From contig CAVYTA010000005.1 in the NCBI GenBank assembly GCA_963771355.1, forward strand, positions 944,121 to 1,008,120: a DNA stretch of 64,000 nt, read 5' to 3'. Both the position numbers and the translations under genes were made by a program. The stretch is from an uncultured Candidatus Rokubacteria bacterium. Lineage in GTDB: Bacteria > Methylomirabilota > Methylomirabilia > Rokubacteriales > CSP1-6. Shown in pieces: positions 53,277-61,322 of the stretch; position 1 is the first letter of the stretch; each line of letters opens with the position of its first letter. The notes beneath the pieces were generated by a model. That model searched no databases. It was not told the DNA's origin and saw only the letters and a program-made list of their open reading frames with translations.

Positions 53277-53690
53277 ATGCCGGGCCAGCGGGTGCAGAAC
53301 TTCCCGAAGGCGTGGCGCTCCGCGTGTGACCCCGCCGGATGCGCCTGGATGCTCCGGCACGACTTCCGCCGGACGGCGGCGCGGAACATGGTCAACGCAG
53401 GGGTGCCAGAGCGCGTGGCCATGACGGTCATCGGCCACCGAACGCGGTGCGTGTTCGACCGCTACAACATCGTCTCGCCGGCCGAGCAACAGGCGGCGGC
53501 CCGCCTCATCGGGACGGCCAGTGACGAGGCCGTCCGGCGCGTCGCCGCGGCAGCGTCTGTCGTGACGCGACTTGCCCCGAGACTTGACCCTACAGAGGGC
53601 ACGAGCAGGGGGACTGAGGCACGGCGGGGCACAGTAGAGGGACGGGTTATCTCTGCGAAAGTGTTGGAAACAGCGGCGGTCGCGGGCTAG
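53277..53690 (+). pseudogene. Tyrosine integrase C-terminal fragment
   Basis: KAWRSAC, LRHDFRRTAARNM, GVPERVAM..GHRT..VFDRYNIV; N-terminal two-thirds absent. Confidence 0.88.
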
Positions 53691-53823
53691 CGGGTGACCG
53701 CCTCATAACCCAAAGGTCGCTGGTTCAAATCCAGCCCCCGCAACCAACAAACACAAGGGGTTCGGCGCTCTCGCCGAGCCCCTTGTGTGTCTCAGTTGGC
53801 CGACTTGTCCCGAAACTTGTCCC
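53569..53823 (+). other. attP-like site: tRNA-fMet 3' half (53702-53746) flanked by paired arm-type repeats
   Basis: CTCATAACCCAAAGGTCGCTGGTTCAAATCCAGCCCCCGCAACCA without a tRNA 5' half; RACTTGNCCC at 53569, 53581, 53802, 53814; hairpin ACACAAGGGGTTCGGCG/CGCCGAGCCCCTTGTGT at 53751-53788. Confidence 0.8.
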
Positions 53824-54297
53824 TTCGCGGGGGCGACCATGGCGCTGAGCGCCGGGTTCACGGCGCCGATCGTTGATGGCGGCCCTTGGCATGGAAGACG
53901 GAACGGACGATGCGGAGGTATGCGGCAGTGACGGATCAGACTCTCCGGGCGGCGGCGGAGCGTCAGGCACGCGCCCGAGCCGCCGATCCTCGGCCAAAGT
54001 CGAGACGCGAAACTCGCGGAGGACGTGCGCCCGGTCGGCGTTGGCGGCGGCGAAGAGTGTGTGGGGATCGGCCTCGGAGAGGGCCTCGCCCGAGTCGAAG
54101 CCGTGCATGAGGGCGAACGCGCCAAGCCGGAGGGTGAACCCATCGTCCAGGGCCCGCACCCGTCCGGCCCAGTCGTCGAAGCAGCGAGTTACTTCAGGCT
54201 GGTGAAGCATCCAATCGACGACGTCTCCATGCAGCCCCGAGCGGTCAGTGTCGAAGAAGAGGTCGGCGGGCTGGGGTGTCGCCTCGTCCTCCATCAC
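53725..54297 (-). CDS. Hypothetical protein; 3' part probably read-through into antisense integrase/att DNA
   Basis: GTGA overlap with upstream gene; protein-like composition for the first ~110 aa only. Confidence 0.45.
   Translation of the reverse strand: MMEDEATPQPADLFFDTDRSGLHGDVVDWMLHQPEVTRCFDDWAGRVRALDDGFTLRLGAFALMHGFDSGEALSEADPHTLFAAANADRAHVLREFRVSTLAEDRRLGRVPDAPPPPGESDPSLPHTSASSVPSSMPRAAINDRRREPGAQRHGRPREGTSFGTSRPTETHKGLGESAEPLVFVGCGGWI
53830..53965 (+). pseudogene. Second tyrosine integrase C-terminal remnant (frameshifted)
   Basis: Across frames: GATMALSAGFTAPIV/MAALG/WKTERTMRRYAAVTDQTLRAAAE (box II with catalytic Tyr). Confidence 0.65.
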
Positions 54298-54608
54298 CGT
54301 TTCCCCCCGCGCGTCGCGCCCGGCGCGATCTGCCCCGAACCCGTCCGATTCCCCTTGGTGTCGTAGAGGTCGATCCGCCCGCCCTTGTCGATGGTCCCGT
54401 AGCCCGTCCGGTTGCTGGACTTGTCGTAGAAATCCACGCGCTCGCCCTTTTTGTCGATGATGGCGGAGCCCGTCCTGTTGCTGGATTTGTCGAAGAGGTC
54501 AACGCGGGTCTCGGCGGGGCGCTCGTCGGCGAGGGCGGGGGCGGCGAGCGCAACGAGACCGAGCATCAGGCTCCCGGCGAGCGCGAGTCCCTGCCGTCCG
54601 TCAGTCAT
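54294..54608 (-). CDS. Secreted small protein with three ~21-aa beta repeats
   Basis: Signal peptide; RVDLFDKSSNRTG / RVDFYDKSSNRTG / RIDLYDTKGNRTG; TATAAT and AGGAGG upstream. Confidence 0.8.
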   Translation of the reverse strand: MTDGRQGLALAGSLMLGLVALAAPALADERPAETRVDLFDKSSNRTGSAIIDKKGERVDFYDKSSNRTGYGTIDKGGRIDLYDTKGNRTGSGQIAPGATRGGKR

Positions 54609-54784
54609 TTGTGCCCTCCTGAGAGCATTATAGTCCCCGGCCAGTGGTGGCCCGGCAGACGCGCCGGGCGTGATCAGATGGTCTCAAGGATCCTGCGCCC
54701 GAGCTTGCGATCTCTACCGGACGATGGAACCCTTGACACAGGGTATATGGTCGTCGTGCTGAGGCGACCTTTGGAGGCCCGCGG

Positions 54785-54812
54785 TTTGGCTCACAGCTTT
54801 GGCTCACAGCTT
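54785..54812. repeat. 13-bp tandem direct repeat (integrase arm-site-like)
   Basis: TTTGGCTCACAGC x2 plus TT. Confidence 0.6.
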
Positions 54813-54862
54813 AGATGGTATTGGGGGGCCCGACTCATTCGGGGCGGTAGCGGAGCGGCAGC

Positions 54863-55603
54863 ATGCGCATGATGGCTATCTTGCTCACCACGCTCTTCTT
54901 GCTCGCTGTCACGCATGCCGGCCCCCCCGCCGCACAGGACCGGCATTCGGCGCAGCGCGCGCGTATGGTGGCAGAAATCGCCGCAATGGCGCGCGAGACC
55001 GGCAGCGCTACCGGACGGCCGAGTTTCAGCCAGGCGGTGATGACAGTAATGGGAAGAGTCCCGCGCCATCGGTTCGTGCCTCCGCTCCAGCAGACTTTCG
55101 CTTACGAGAACCGAGCGCTCCCCATCGCTGAAGGGCAGACGATCTCGCAACCTTTCCTTGTCGCGCTGATGACGGACCTGCTTGATCCGAAGCCAAGCGA
55201 CACCGTGCTGGAAGTCGGCACCGGCTCGGGCTATCAGGCCGCGGTCCTCGCGGGACTTGTGGCGAAGGTCTACACCATCGAGATCGTCGAACCGCTCGGC
55301 AGGCGAGCGATGCAGCTCCTCGATGAGCTCGGCTATCGTAATGTCGAGGTGCGCATCGGCGACGGCTACAATGGCTGGCCCGAAGCGGCGCCTTTCGATT
55401 CAATCGTTGTCACAGCGGCTCCGGCGGAGATCCCGACCCCCCTGATCGACCAGCTCAAGCGCGGCGGCCGAATGGTGATCCCGGGCGGAACCTCTGACAT
55501 GCAGTATCTTCTGCTCGTGGAAAAGCGGCCGGATGGCACTATCACAACGAGGCGTACGCTCCCGGTGAGGTTCGTGCCCTTCACGAGAGATCGTGCGAAA
55601 TAG
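54863..55603 (+). CDS. pcm: Protein-L-isoaspartate O-methyltransferase with signal peptide
   Basis: VPRHRFVP, GQTISQP, VLEVGTGSGYQAAVL, APFDSIVVTAA, GGRMVIP, VRFVP. Confidence 0.95.
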   Translation: MRMMAILLTTLFLLAVTHAGPPAAQDRHSAQRARMVAEIAAMARETGSATGRPSFSQAVMTVMGRVPRHRFVPPLQQTFAYENRALPIAEGQTISQPFLVALMTDLLDPKPSDTVLEVGTGSGYQAAVLAGLVAKVYTIEIVEPLGRRAMQLLDELGYRNVEVRIGDGYNGWPEAAPFDSIVVTAAPAEIPTPLIDQLKRGGRMVIPGGTSDMQYLLLVEKRPDGTITTRRTLPVRFVPFTRDRAK

Positions 55604-55696
55604 GGCCTTAAAGTCTTCAGCATCGTTTGGGTGTAGGTCGGTTGAGCGCCGGAGACCCACTTCCAGCCAGTTAGCCCGCTCGAAGATCACCGTGCT

Positions 55697-56112
55697 ATGA
55701 GCAAGCTGGAGAGGCCGATGATCGATCGGTACTGGGAGAAGGTTGGTGGCACTTTGATTCGTGAGTTCCAAGCGGTGCCTCGCTCTCCGGCGTCGGACGG
55801 CGCTTGCTCGATGCTGTCATTCTGCCAGCCCTCCCGCGCGAGGTGGCTCATTGGCGCGAAGTCAGTCTCGCTGGTCAGCGCGTCATCGTGGTGCAAGCGA
55901 AGGCGTCTCGCCTGGGAATGTACTTGATGGGCCAGGCGATCTTCTCGGCAGAGCTTGTCCGAACCCGGTTCGCTCCGGCAAGCCTTCGCTCGGTGATTCT
56001 ATGTTCCAAGGACGACAGGGTGTTGCGACCATACTTGGTCTCGTATCCGGAGGTCGAGGTCGTCATTGATGAAGCCGCGCCCGTGTTGCCATCGGAAGAG
56101 GAGACGGGCTAA
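55697..56112 (+). CDS. PD-(D/E)xK-like putative nuclease carried in a gene cassette (frameshift near 55790)
   Basis: MSKLERPMIDRYWEKVGGTLIREF joins GRRLLDAVIL...VIVVQAKASRLGMYLMGQ if one G is added at 55789-90; D..QxK..GQ pattern. Confidence 0.6.
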
Positions 56113-56160
56113 CATCGGGCTCGACCGGGCCGGCTGACGCCGTCAGCCTGACCGTTAGAC
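56107..56160 (+). other. Integron attC site
   Basis: R'' GGCTAAC (contains the TAA stop), L'' GGCTCGAC, L' GTCAGCC (pairs with one extra C in L''), R' GTTAGAC; R'' is the exact complement of GTTAGCC at 55670-76 upstream of the ORF. Confidence 0.8.
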
Positions 56161-56167
56161 ACATGGG

Positions 56168-56377
56168 ATGACGGAGGGGAGCATGCCTCAGGTACCAGCG
56201 CGGCAGATGCTCGACGAGGCCCTGAGGGATTTTCGGAAGGCGCTCGTCCAGCAGGGCGTCTATCCAGCTGATCACCAGAACCTGGACCGCGCGTACAGCG
56301 GGGCAAAGGATTTCGTCGATTTCCTCCTTGATGGTCCGACCGTCCTTCGAAAGCACCGGATCCGGAAGAACGCGTGA
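56168..56377 (+). CDS. Hypothetical protein (start of next cassette or phage-like small ORF)
   Basis: Begins just after the attC R' site; GGAGGG SD before the second ATG. Confidence 0.5.
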   Translation: MTEGSMPQVPARQMLDEALRDFRKALVQQGVYPADHQNLDRAYSGAKDFVDFLLDGPTVLRKHRIRKNA

Positions 56378-56469
56378 GGCGACCTCGGGTGCACTTCGTT
56401 GCGACCCGGGACGATATCCTTCGAAACGTCCGGGGCCTTCATGGCCTGAGCCGGTCGGCGAGCCAAAAC

Positions 56470-56736
56470 GAGCGCGAGCACTCACTGCCTGTCATCTCGC
56501 TGTACAAGGACTTCGCCGAGGCCGGGGGCCTCCTCGGCTACGGGGCGAGTCCCCCTGCCATATACCGGCGCTCAGCGTACTACGTGGATCGAATCCTCAA
56601 GGGTGCCAAGCCCGGAGATCTCCCCGTCGAGCAGCCGACGAAGTTCGACCTAATCATCAACCTCAAGACCGCCAAAGCGCTCGGCCTCACCATCCCGCCG
56701 TCGGTCCTGCCGCGGGCGGATCAGGTGATCGAGTAG
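56470..56736 (+). pseudogene. C-terminal fragment of COG2984-type substrate-binding protein
   Basis: LPVISLYKDFAEAGGLLGYG...GAKPGDLPVEQPTKFDLIINLKTAKALGLTIP..ADQVIE; 5' part missing. Confidence 0.85.
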
Positions 56737-56916
56737 CCCGTGCTCGACCAACGGGGCCGACTCCCGCGGACCGGACTCGGATTCGCCACTCTCTCCATGC
56801 CCTCGTAATGACTGTGCGCTCTGTGCTCTCATCGCTAGCATTGGACGGGTTACGGTGGCAACAGGCCACCAAGGCTACCCCTAGCTTACCGGCGTTAGGC
56901 TGTGGCTGGAGAGACG

Positions 56917-57441
56917 ATGATGACTCAGTTCAGCATCAAAAACAGAGTTGAGCAGAACGTTACGGTCTGGCTGCTGGGTACGCTGCTTACAGGATTTCTC
57001 TCCGGCATCGGTGTGTACCGCGCAGTCCAGGATATGGCAGGACTCGGAGTAGTCGCAGTCGCGGATCTGGAGAACTTGAAGCGACAGATCGCTGAGCTGG
57101 AGCAAAAGTTGGTGGCCTCGGAGAAGCGTGCGGCAACCGCCACCGCGCAAGCCAAGCAGGCCTCTTGGGCGGTCCGAGGCACCCAAGTAACCGTATTGCA
57201 CGCGGAACGCAACATTGAGGCGGCCATTGAAATCAAGGAGCGCCTCGCCACTTTAGGAGCCGTAGTTATGCTCAAGCCACAGGAAGCCGCAGAACACGCG
57301 GGGAAGCTGTATTACGGAGCGGATAGTCGCGACGCGGCGATGCAAATAAAAGCAATCGTCTCCGACATTGCATTGGCCCACCTCGCGGAAAGTCGTGAGC
57401 ATCGACCGGGCGTTGTTACCCTTTGGTTACTGCGCAGGTGA
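56917..57441 (+). CDS. Membrane-anchored coiled-coil protein with LytR_C-like C-terminal domain
   Basis: TM VWLLGTLLTGFLSGIGVY, heptad region, VTVLH...LYYG...VVTLWL; atypically low GC; GTTAGGC core-like site at 56894. Confidence 0.65.
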   Translation: MMTQFSIKNRVEQNVTVWLLGTLLTGFLSGIGVYRAVQDMAGLGVVAVADLENLKRQIAELEQKLVASEKRAATATAQAKQASWAVRGTQVTVLHAERNIEAAIEIKERLATLGAVVMLKPQEAAEHAGKLYYGADSRDAAMQIKAIVSDIALAHLAESREHRPGVVTLWLLRR

Positions 57442-57487
57442 CTAGGATGCCGAGTCGGTGTTGACAGAGTGATACCTGATAGATAAC

Positions 57488-57688
57488 ATGTCCCCGAAGA
57501 GATTCGCCGTGCGACTCAGGACACTCCGCCTCAAGAAGAACCTGACGCAGGCCGCGCTGGCCAAGAAGGCCGGCGTGACTCGCGGCTACCTGGCGCGCCT
57601 CGAGATGGGCCGGCACGACCCGCCGCTTTCGCGTTTGCGGAAGTTGGCTAAGGCCCTCGGCGTGCCGCTGGCGGAGTTGCTGGGATGA
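57488..57688 (+). CDS. XRE/Cro-type HTH regulator
   Basis: LRTLRLKKNLTQAALAKKAGVTRGYLARLEMGRHDPPL..LAKALGV; TTGACA at 57461. Confidence 0.92.
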   Translation: MSPKRFAVRLRTLRLKKNLTQAALAKKAGVTRGYLARLEMGRHDPPLSRLRKLAKALGVPLAELLG

Positions 57689-57918
57689 ATCGCGCCATCT
57701 GTCTCAGCCTCGCCGCCCTCCTCACCACGAGCAGTGCGGCAGGGTGCGCCGTCGACGTCGCCGCGACCTGCAAGGCCTCGGGCGGCACGTATACGGTGGA
57801 GGGAACGTGTACTCAATATGGTCCGAGCCAGCAGGCGGCGAGGGATAGATGCTCAGCTAGCGGGGGCGTGTATTTCGTGGACAGCAACGCTTGCATACTT
57901 GGCAGCGGGGGACCGTGA
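57685..57918 (+). CDS. Small Cys-rich lipoprotein
   Basis: Signal peptide with AAGC lipobox; two CxASGGxY..C repeats; ATGA overlap with the HTH gene. Confidence 0.75.
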   Translation: MNRAICLSLAALLTTSSAAGCAVDVAATCKASGGTYTVEGTCTQYGPSQQAARDRCSASGGVYFVDSNACILGSGGP

Positions 57919-57948
57919 TGACCTTTGACGGAGCGACCTTGAGACCAG

Positions 57949-58043
57949 AGCGCCCCCGGCCGCGTTGCCGCGCGACCGAGGGCTTGGCCGATTAACCCTA
58001 ACCGGCGAGGCGAGAATCAATGGCCACCGCTACGGTAGCACGC
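57949..58043 (-). ncRNA. Candidate ~95-bp structured element/antisense sRNA, copy 1
   Basis: Homologous to 59727-59820; hairpin CCCCCGGCCGCG..CGCGACCGAGGG and TGcTACCGT extended -10 on the opposite strand. Confidence 0.4.
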
Positions 58044-58068
58044 TCCCGCCCGCGCTGCGCCGGGCGAC

Positions 58069-58315
58069 GTGATCCCCGACGCCCGCGAGCTTCACCGCGT
58101 CATCACCGCCAGCGTGCACGAGCTGCTGGAGACCGCCCGGCTCGAGGCGCAGGCCGGCCCGATGGACGTGGCCGAGATCGAGCGCCTCATCTTCCGCGCC
58201 GCCGCGCCCATCGTCCAGCAGCGTGGCGTCGTTGACCGAGGCGCAGCGCGGCGAGCTGCTCCCGAATATCGTCCGCGTGATGTTGGCGGCGTTCCTCGAG
58301 GAGCAAGCGCGATGA
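58069..58315 (+). pseudogene. 81-aa helical ORF, copy 1 (+1 indel near 58219)
   Basis: VIPDARELHRVITASVHELLETARLEAQAGP...; paralogues at 59463-59706 and 62071-62315. Confidence 0.75.
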
Positions 58316-58708
58316 GAGCCGCCGCTGCCGCGTTTCGCCTACGACGTCAACGCGGGATCTCGCGCGGCCCCTCGAGGGGCGGGGGAATGGCGTTGAGTAG
58401 AGTCGGATCTTGGTCGTGGTCTACGCTCCGGCTCGGGGACAGCATCTGTTCGATCAGGAGCCAGAGTGGAAGCGAGAGCACTACCACATGCGCGATCAGC
58501 TCTTTGATCACCATGCCTTCATGTCGCCGCACCTCCTGCGGATGTCATGCCGGCCCCGGTCGTCATCGTCCCTTCCTCACCTCCGGGGCTGCCCCCGTAT
58601 AGCACGCGTGGCTCCGCATTTAAACCCTCGAAAGGTTACGAGACGATGATCCCCGCCATCTACGCCCACAAACGCACCGACCGAGAGTAGGGAGGGGCCG
58701 TGATGCCG

Positions 58709-58812
58709 CTACTTCTCGCGGACTCGCTTCAACCCTCGCTCGATCGCGGGCACGGCGCCCTGCGCGCCCTCGCGCGATTGAGCGCGGGTTGAAGCGAGCG
58801 CGCGAGAAGTAG
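58709..58812. repeat. 40-bp-arm inverted repeat made of two gene 3' ends
   Basis: 58709-58748 vs reverse complement of 58773-58812: 36/40 identical; each arm encodes an IERGLKR(V/A)REK* tail like the end of ORF 62759-63031. Confidence 0.75.
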
Positions 58813-59048
58813 TCCACACGCGCAGTTTGTTCTGCAACGCTGTATTTGCAGACGGCCTCGATCCTCCTCGATCCCCGCGGCAGGCATATGCATATGGTGT
58901 CGGGAGCTTTGACAACGGCGGCCCAGGGCGATTCCATCCACTCCGAAAGCTCTCACCACCGCAGGCGTTTCTGTTCAGGCATTCAGCTTGCTTGAAAGTA
59001 ATCGGAGTGTACTGAGCAGCGGGGGATCCCCCGCGGAAGGAGTTGCCT

Positions 59049-59342
59049 ATGCGTGTGGTCTATCGGCTGTTTGTGCTGCTGGTAGTCGCGCTTCTCGTGC
59101 TCGTGCCCGTTGGCGTAAGTTACGCAGCGGGAAGCGGCGGCGGCTCGGGGTCCGGAAGCGGTGGCCCAGGAGGGGGGGCCGGCGGCGGCTCGGGGTCCGG
59201 TGGTGGTAGCGGGAGCGGAGGCGGTGGAGCCGGCGGCGGGGGCGGCTCGGGGTCTGGCGGGCCCGGTGGTGGCAGCGGGTCCGGCGGCGGTAGCGGGGGC
59301 GGTGCGGGAGTTGGTGGGAGTGGCGGAGGAGGCTCGCTCTAG
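59049..59342 (+). CDS. Secreted Gly/Ser-rich low-complexity protein
   Basis: SD GGAAGGAG; signal peptide ending VSYA; mature part ~70 aa almost only G/S/A/P. Confidence 0.75.
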   Translation: MRVVYRLFVLLVVALLVLVPVGVSYAAGSGGGSGSGSGGPGGGAGGGSGSGGGSGSGGGGAGGGGGSGSGGPGGGSGSGGGSGGGAGVGGSGGGGSL

Positions 59343-59462
59343 TCGCGAACGTCCCTTCGAGTCCGCTCACATCCACAAGCGTCGGGAGGTGTTCAGCCCC
59401 GGCGCTTGTGGCGCTTCTTCGACCGAAGTAGCGCGTGGTCGGGACGCCGCCGACGGCGGTTG

Positions 59463-59706
59463 TCATCGCGCTTGCTCCTCCAGGAAGGCCGCCAACATCA
59501 CGCGGACGATATGCGGGAGCAGCTCGCCGCGCTGCGCCTCGGTCAACGGCGCCACGCTGTGGACGATGGGCGCGGCGGCGCGGAAGATGAGGCGCTCGAG
59601 CTGGGCCTCGTCCACCGGGCCGGCCTGCGCCTCGAGCCGGGCGGTCTCAGAGCTCGCGCACGCTGGCGGTGATGACGCGGTGAAGCTCGCGGGCGTCGGG
59701 GGTCAC
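59463..59706 (-). pseudogene. 81-aa helical ORF, copy 2 (2-nt deletion near 59648)
   Basis: VTPDARELHRVITASVREL/../TARLEAQAGPVDEAQLERLIFRAAAPIV...FLEEQAR*. Confidence 0.75.
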
Positions 59707-59726
59707 GTCACCCTGCCATGTCGCGG

Positions 59727-59820
59727 GCGTGCTACCGTAGTCATGGCCATCGATGCTTTCCTTCCCAGGGTGAGATTGATCGGCTACAGCCTCGGTCGCG
59801 TTCGCGCGGCCGGGGGCGCT
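59727..59820 (+). ncRNA. Candidate ~95-bp structured element/antisense sRNA, copy 2
   Basis: GTGCTACCGT extended -10, then ends in CCTCGGTCGCG-TTCG-CGCGGCCGGGG hairpin followed by CTTCT. Confidence 0.4.
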
Positions 59821-59821
59821 T

Positions 59822-60076
59822 CTATATCGACCAGCGAATCCCCTTCCTAATGCGAAGTCGCAACGCATTCGCTGATACGGTCTTGGAGAATCCTGTTGGC
59901 CGTGTTCCGGTCAAAACTCTGTCTTCGCCACGACGCTTCATCGCTTCCTCCGCGAACACCATGCAAAACTCCATGCGCTCAAACTGGAATATCCACCGAT
60001 GGAGAAGGAAGCCGCCGACGAAGCCGACGGGGAGGGAGAGCACGACCGCGAGAACTACGGCCCACCGCCGAGTCAT
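59822..60076 (-). CDS. Small membrane protein
   Basis: N-terminal TM (WAVVLAVVLSLPVGFVGGFLL); ATGA overlap with the upstream HTH tail. Confidence 0.55.
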   Translation of the reverse strand: MTRRWAVVLAVVLSLPVGFVGGFLLHRWIFQFERMEFCMVFAEEAMKRRGEDRVLTGTRPTGFSKTVSANALRLRIRKGIRWSI

Positions 60077-60329
60077 CCCAGCAACTCCGTCACCGGCACC
60101 TTCAGGGCGCGGGCGAGGCTGTTCAGCGTGCTCAGCGGGGGGTTCTGTCCTTCGACGTATCCGTGGTCGCGCAAACCTTGCCGGACCGCCTCCGTGTAAT
60201 TGACAGCCGGAGTGTTGGGGAATGGCTGAAGGACGCCGACGCGATACACCTTCCCCGCCTGCTGCGCCTCCGCGGCGAGCGGCGCGGCGAGGAGCGCCGA
60301 GCAGTGCCGAGGAACGCCCGCCGGTCCAT
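60073..60329 (-). pseudogene. Chimera: N-terminus of substrate-binding protein fused to C-terminus of XRE HTH
   Basis: MDRRAFLG../LLAAPLAAEAQQAGKVYRVGVL..GLRDHGYVEGQN|PPLSTLNSLARALKVPVTELLG*. Confidence 0.75.
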
Positions 60330-61322
60330 CACTCGATCACCTGATCCGCCCGCGCCAGCAGCGACGGCGGGATCGTCAGGCCGAGCGCCTTCGCGGTCTT
60401 GAGGTTGATCACCAGCTCGAACTTCGTCGGCTGCTCGACGGGCAGGTCGCCGGGCTTGGCGCCCTTGAGAATCTTGTCCACGTAGGTAGCGGCGCGCCGA
60501 TACAAATCAGCAAGGTTCGGTCCATAGGCCATAAGGCCCCCGGCATCGACAAACTCCCTCCATGGGTACACTGCCGGCAGCCGGTTCTTTGCCGCCAGGT
60601 CCACGAGGCGTCTTCGCTCACTGATGAACATGGCGCTTGGCAGCACAGTCAGAGCACCCGCGCGCGCCCTGGTCATGTCCGAGAAGGCCCTGTCGAAATC
60701 GGCGGGACCTCGCGCCTCAACGAATTGAAGCCGCACCCCCAGCGCCCGCGCCGCGACTTCTGCTGCCTTCAGCATGTCCTTTTCCGTGCGTTCGCCGAGA
60801 GCCACCTGGCTGCCAGAGGACAGCGACCCGACTGACCCCCGGAACGGCCTGCTTGAGCAGTTCCAGACACTTGCCGACTAGCTCCGGGGCGAGGACGGAC
60901 AACCCCGTGACATTGCCGCCCGGCCGCGCAAGGCTGGTGACGAGCCCGCTCGTCAACCGGATCGGCAGCAGCAGCGAAGACAATGGGGAGGGTCCTGGTC
61001 GCTTGCTTGGCGGCCAGGGCGGCGAGTGTGCCTCGCGGCCACGATGACATCAACCTTGAGCGCAACCAGTTCGGCCGCAAGAGCGGGGAGCCGCTCGAGC
61101 TTCCCCTCGGCATCTCGGTATTCGATCACGACGTTGCGGCCCTCGACGTAACCGAGGTCACGCAGTCCTTGGCGGAAGGCCTCTTGCAGGTGGGGGCTAG
61201 CGGCCAGGTTGCCCGCCAGGTAGCCTATTCGAGCGACCTTGGCCGCCTGCTGCGCCTCGGCGGCGAGCGGCGCGGCGAGGAGACTCCCTGGGATCATCGC
61301 TGAGGAAGGTGCGTCGCTCCAT
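60329..61322 (-). pseudogene. COG2984-type substrate-binding protein with about four frameshifts
   Basis: Pieces in ORFs 61197, 60953, 60769, 60717 and 60329 assemble into a full-length MERRTFL...ADQVIE protein. Confidence 0.85.

Noticed and set aside
53702..53746. Functional tRNA-Met gene
   Set aside because: Only the anticodon loop to CCA is present; upstream sequence does not form a convincing D arm or anticodon stem.
12500..55792. Frameshifts in the FG-GAP gene (~12503), ubiE (~46014) and cassette ORF (~55790) as programmed frameshifting or true pseudogenes
   Set aside because: Each is a single-base indel in a short C/G run, with no slippery heptamer and otherwise intact coding sequence; sequencing error is more likely. 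Needs read-level checking.
58347..58532. Small membrane ORF (MVIKELIAHVVVLSLPLWLLIEQ...)
   Set aside because: Plausible TM segment, but the best SD points to an out-of-frame ATG; support too weak to list as a feature.
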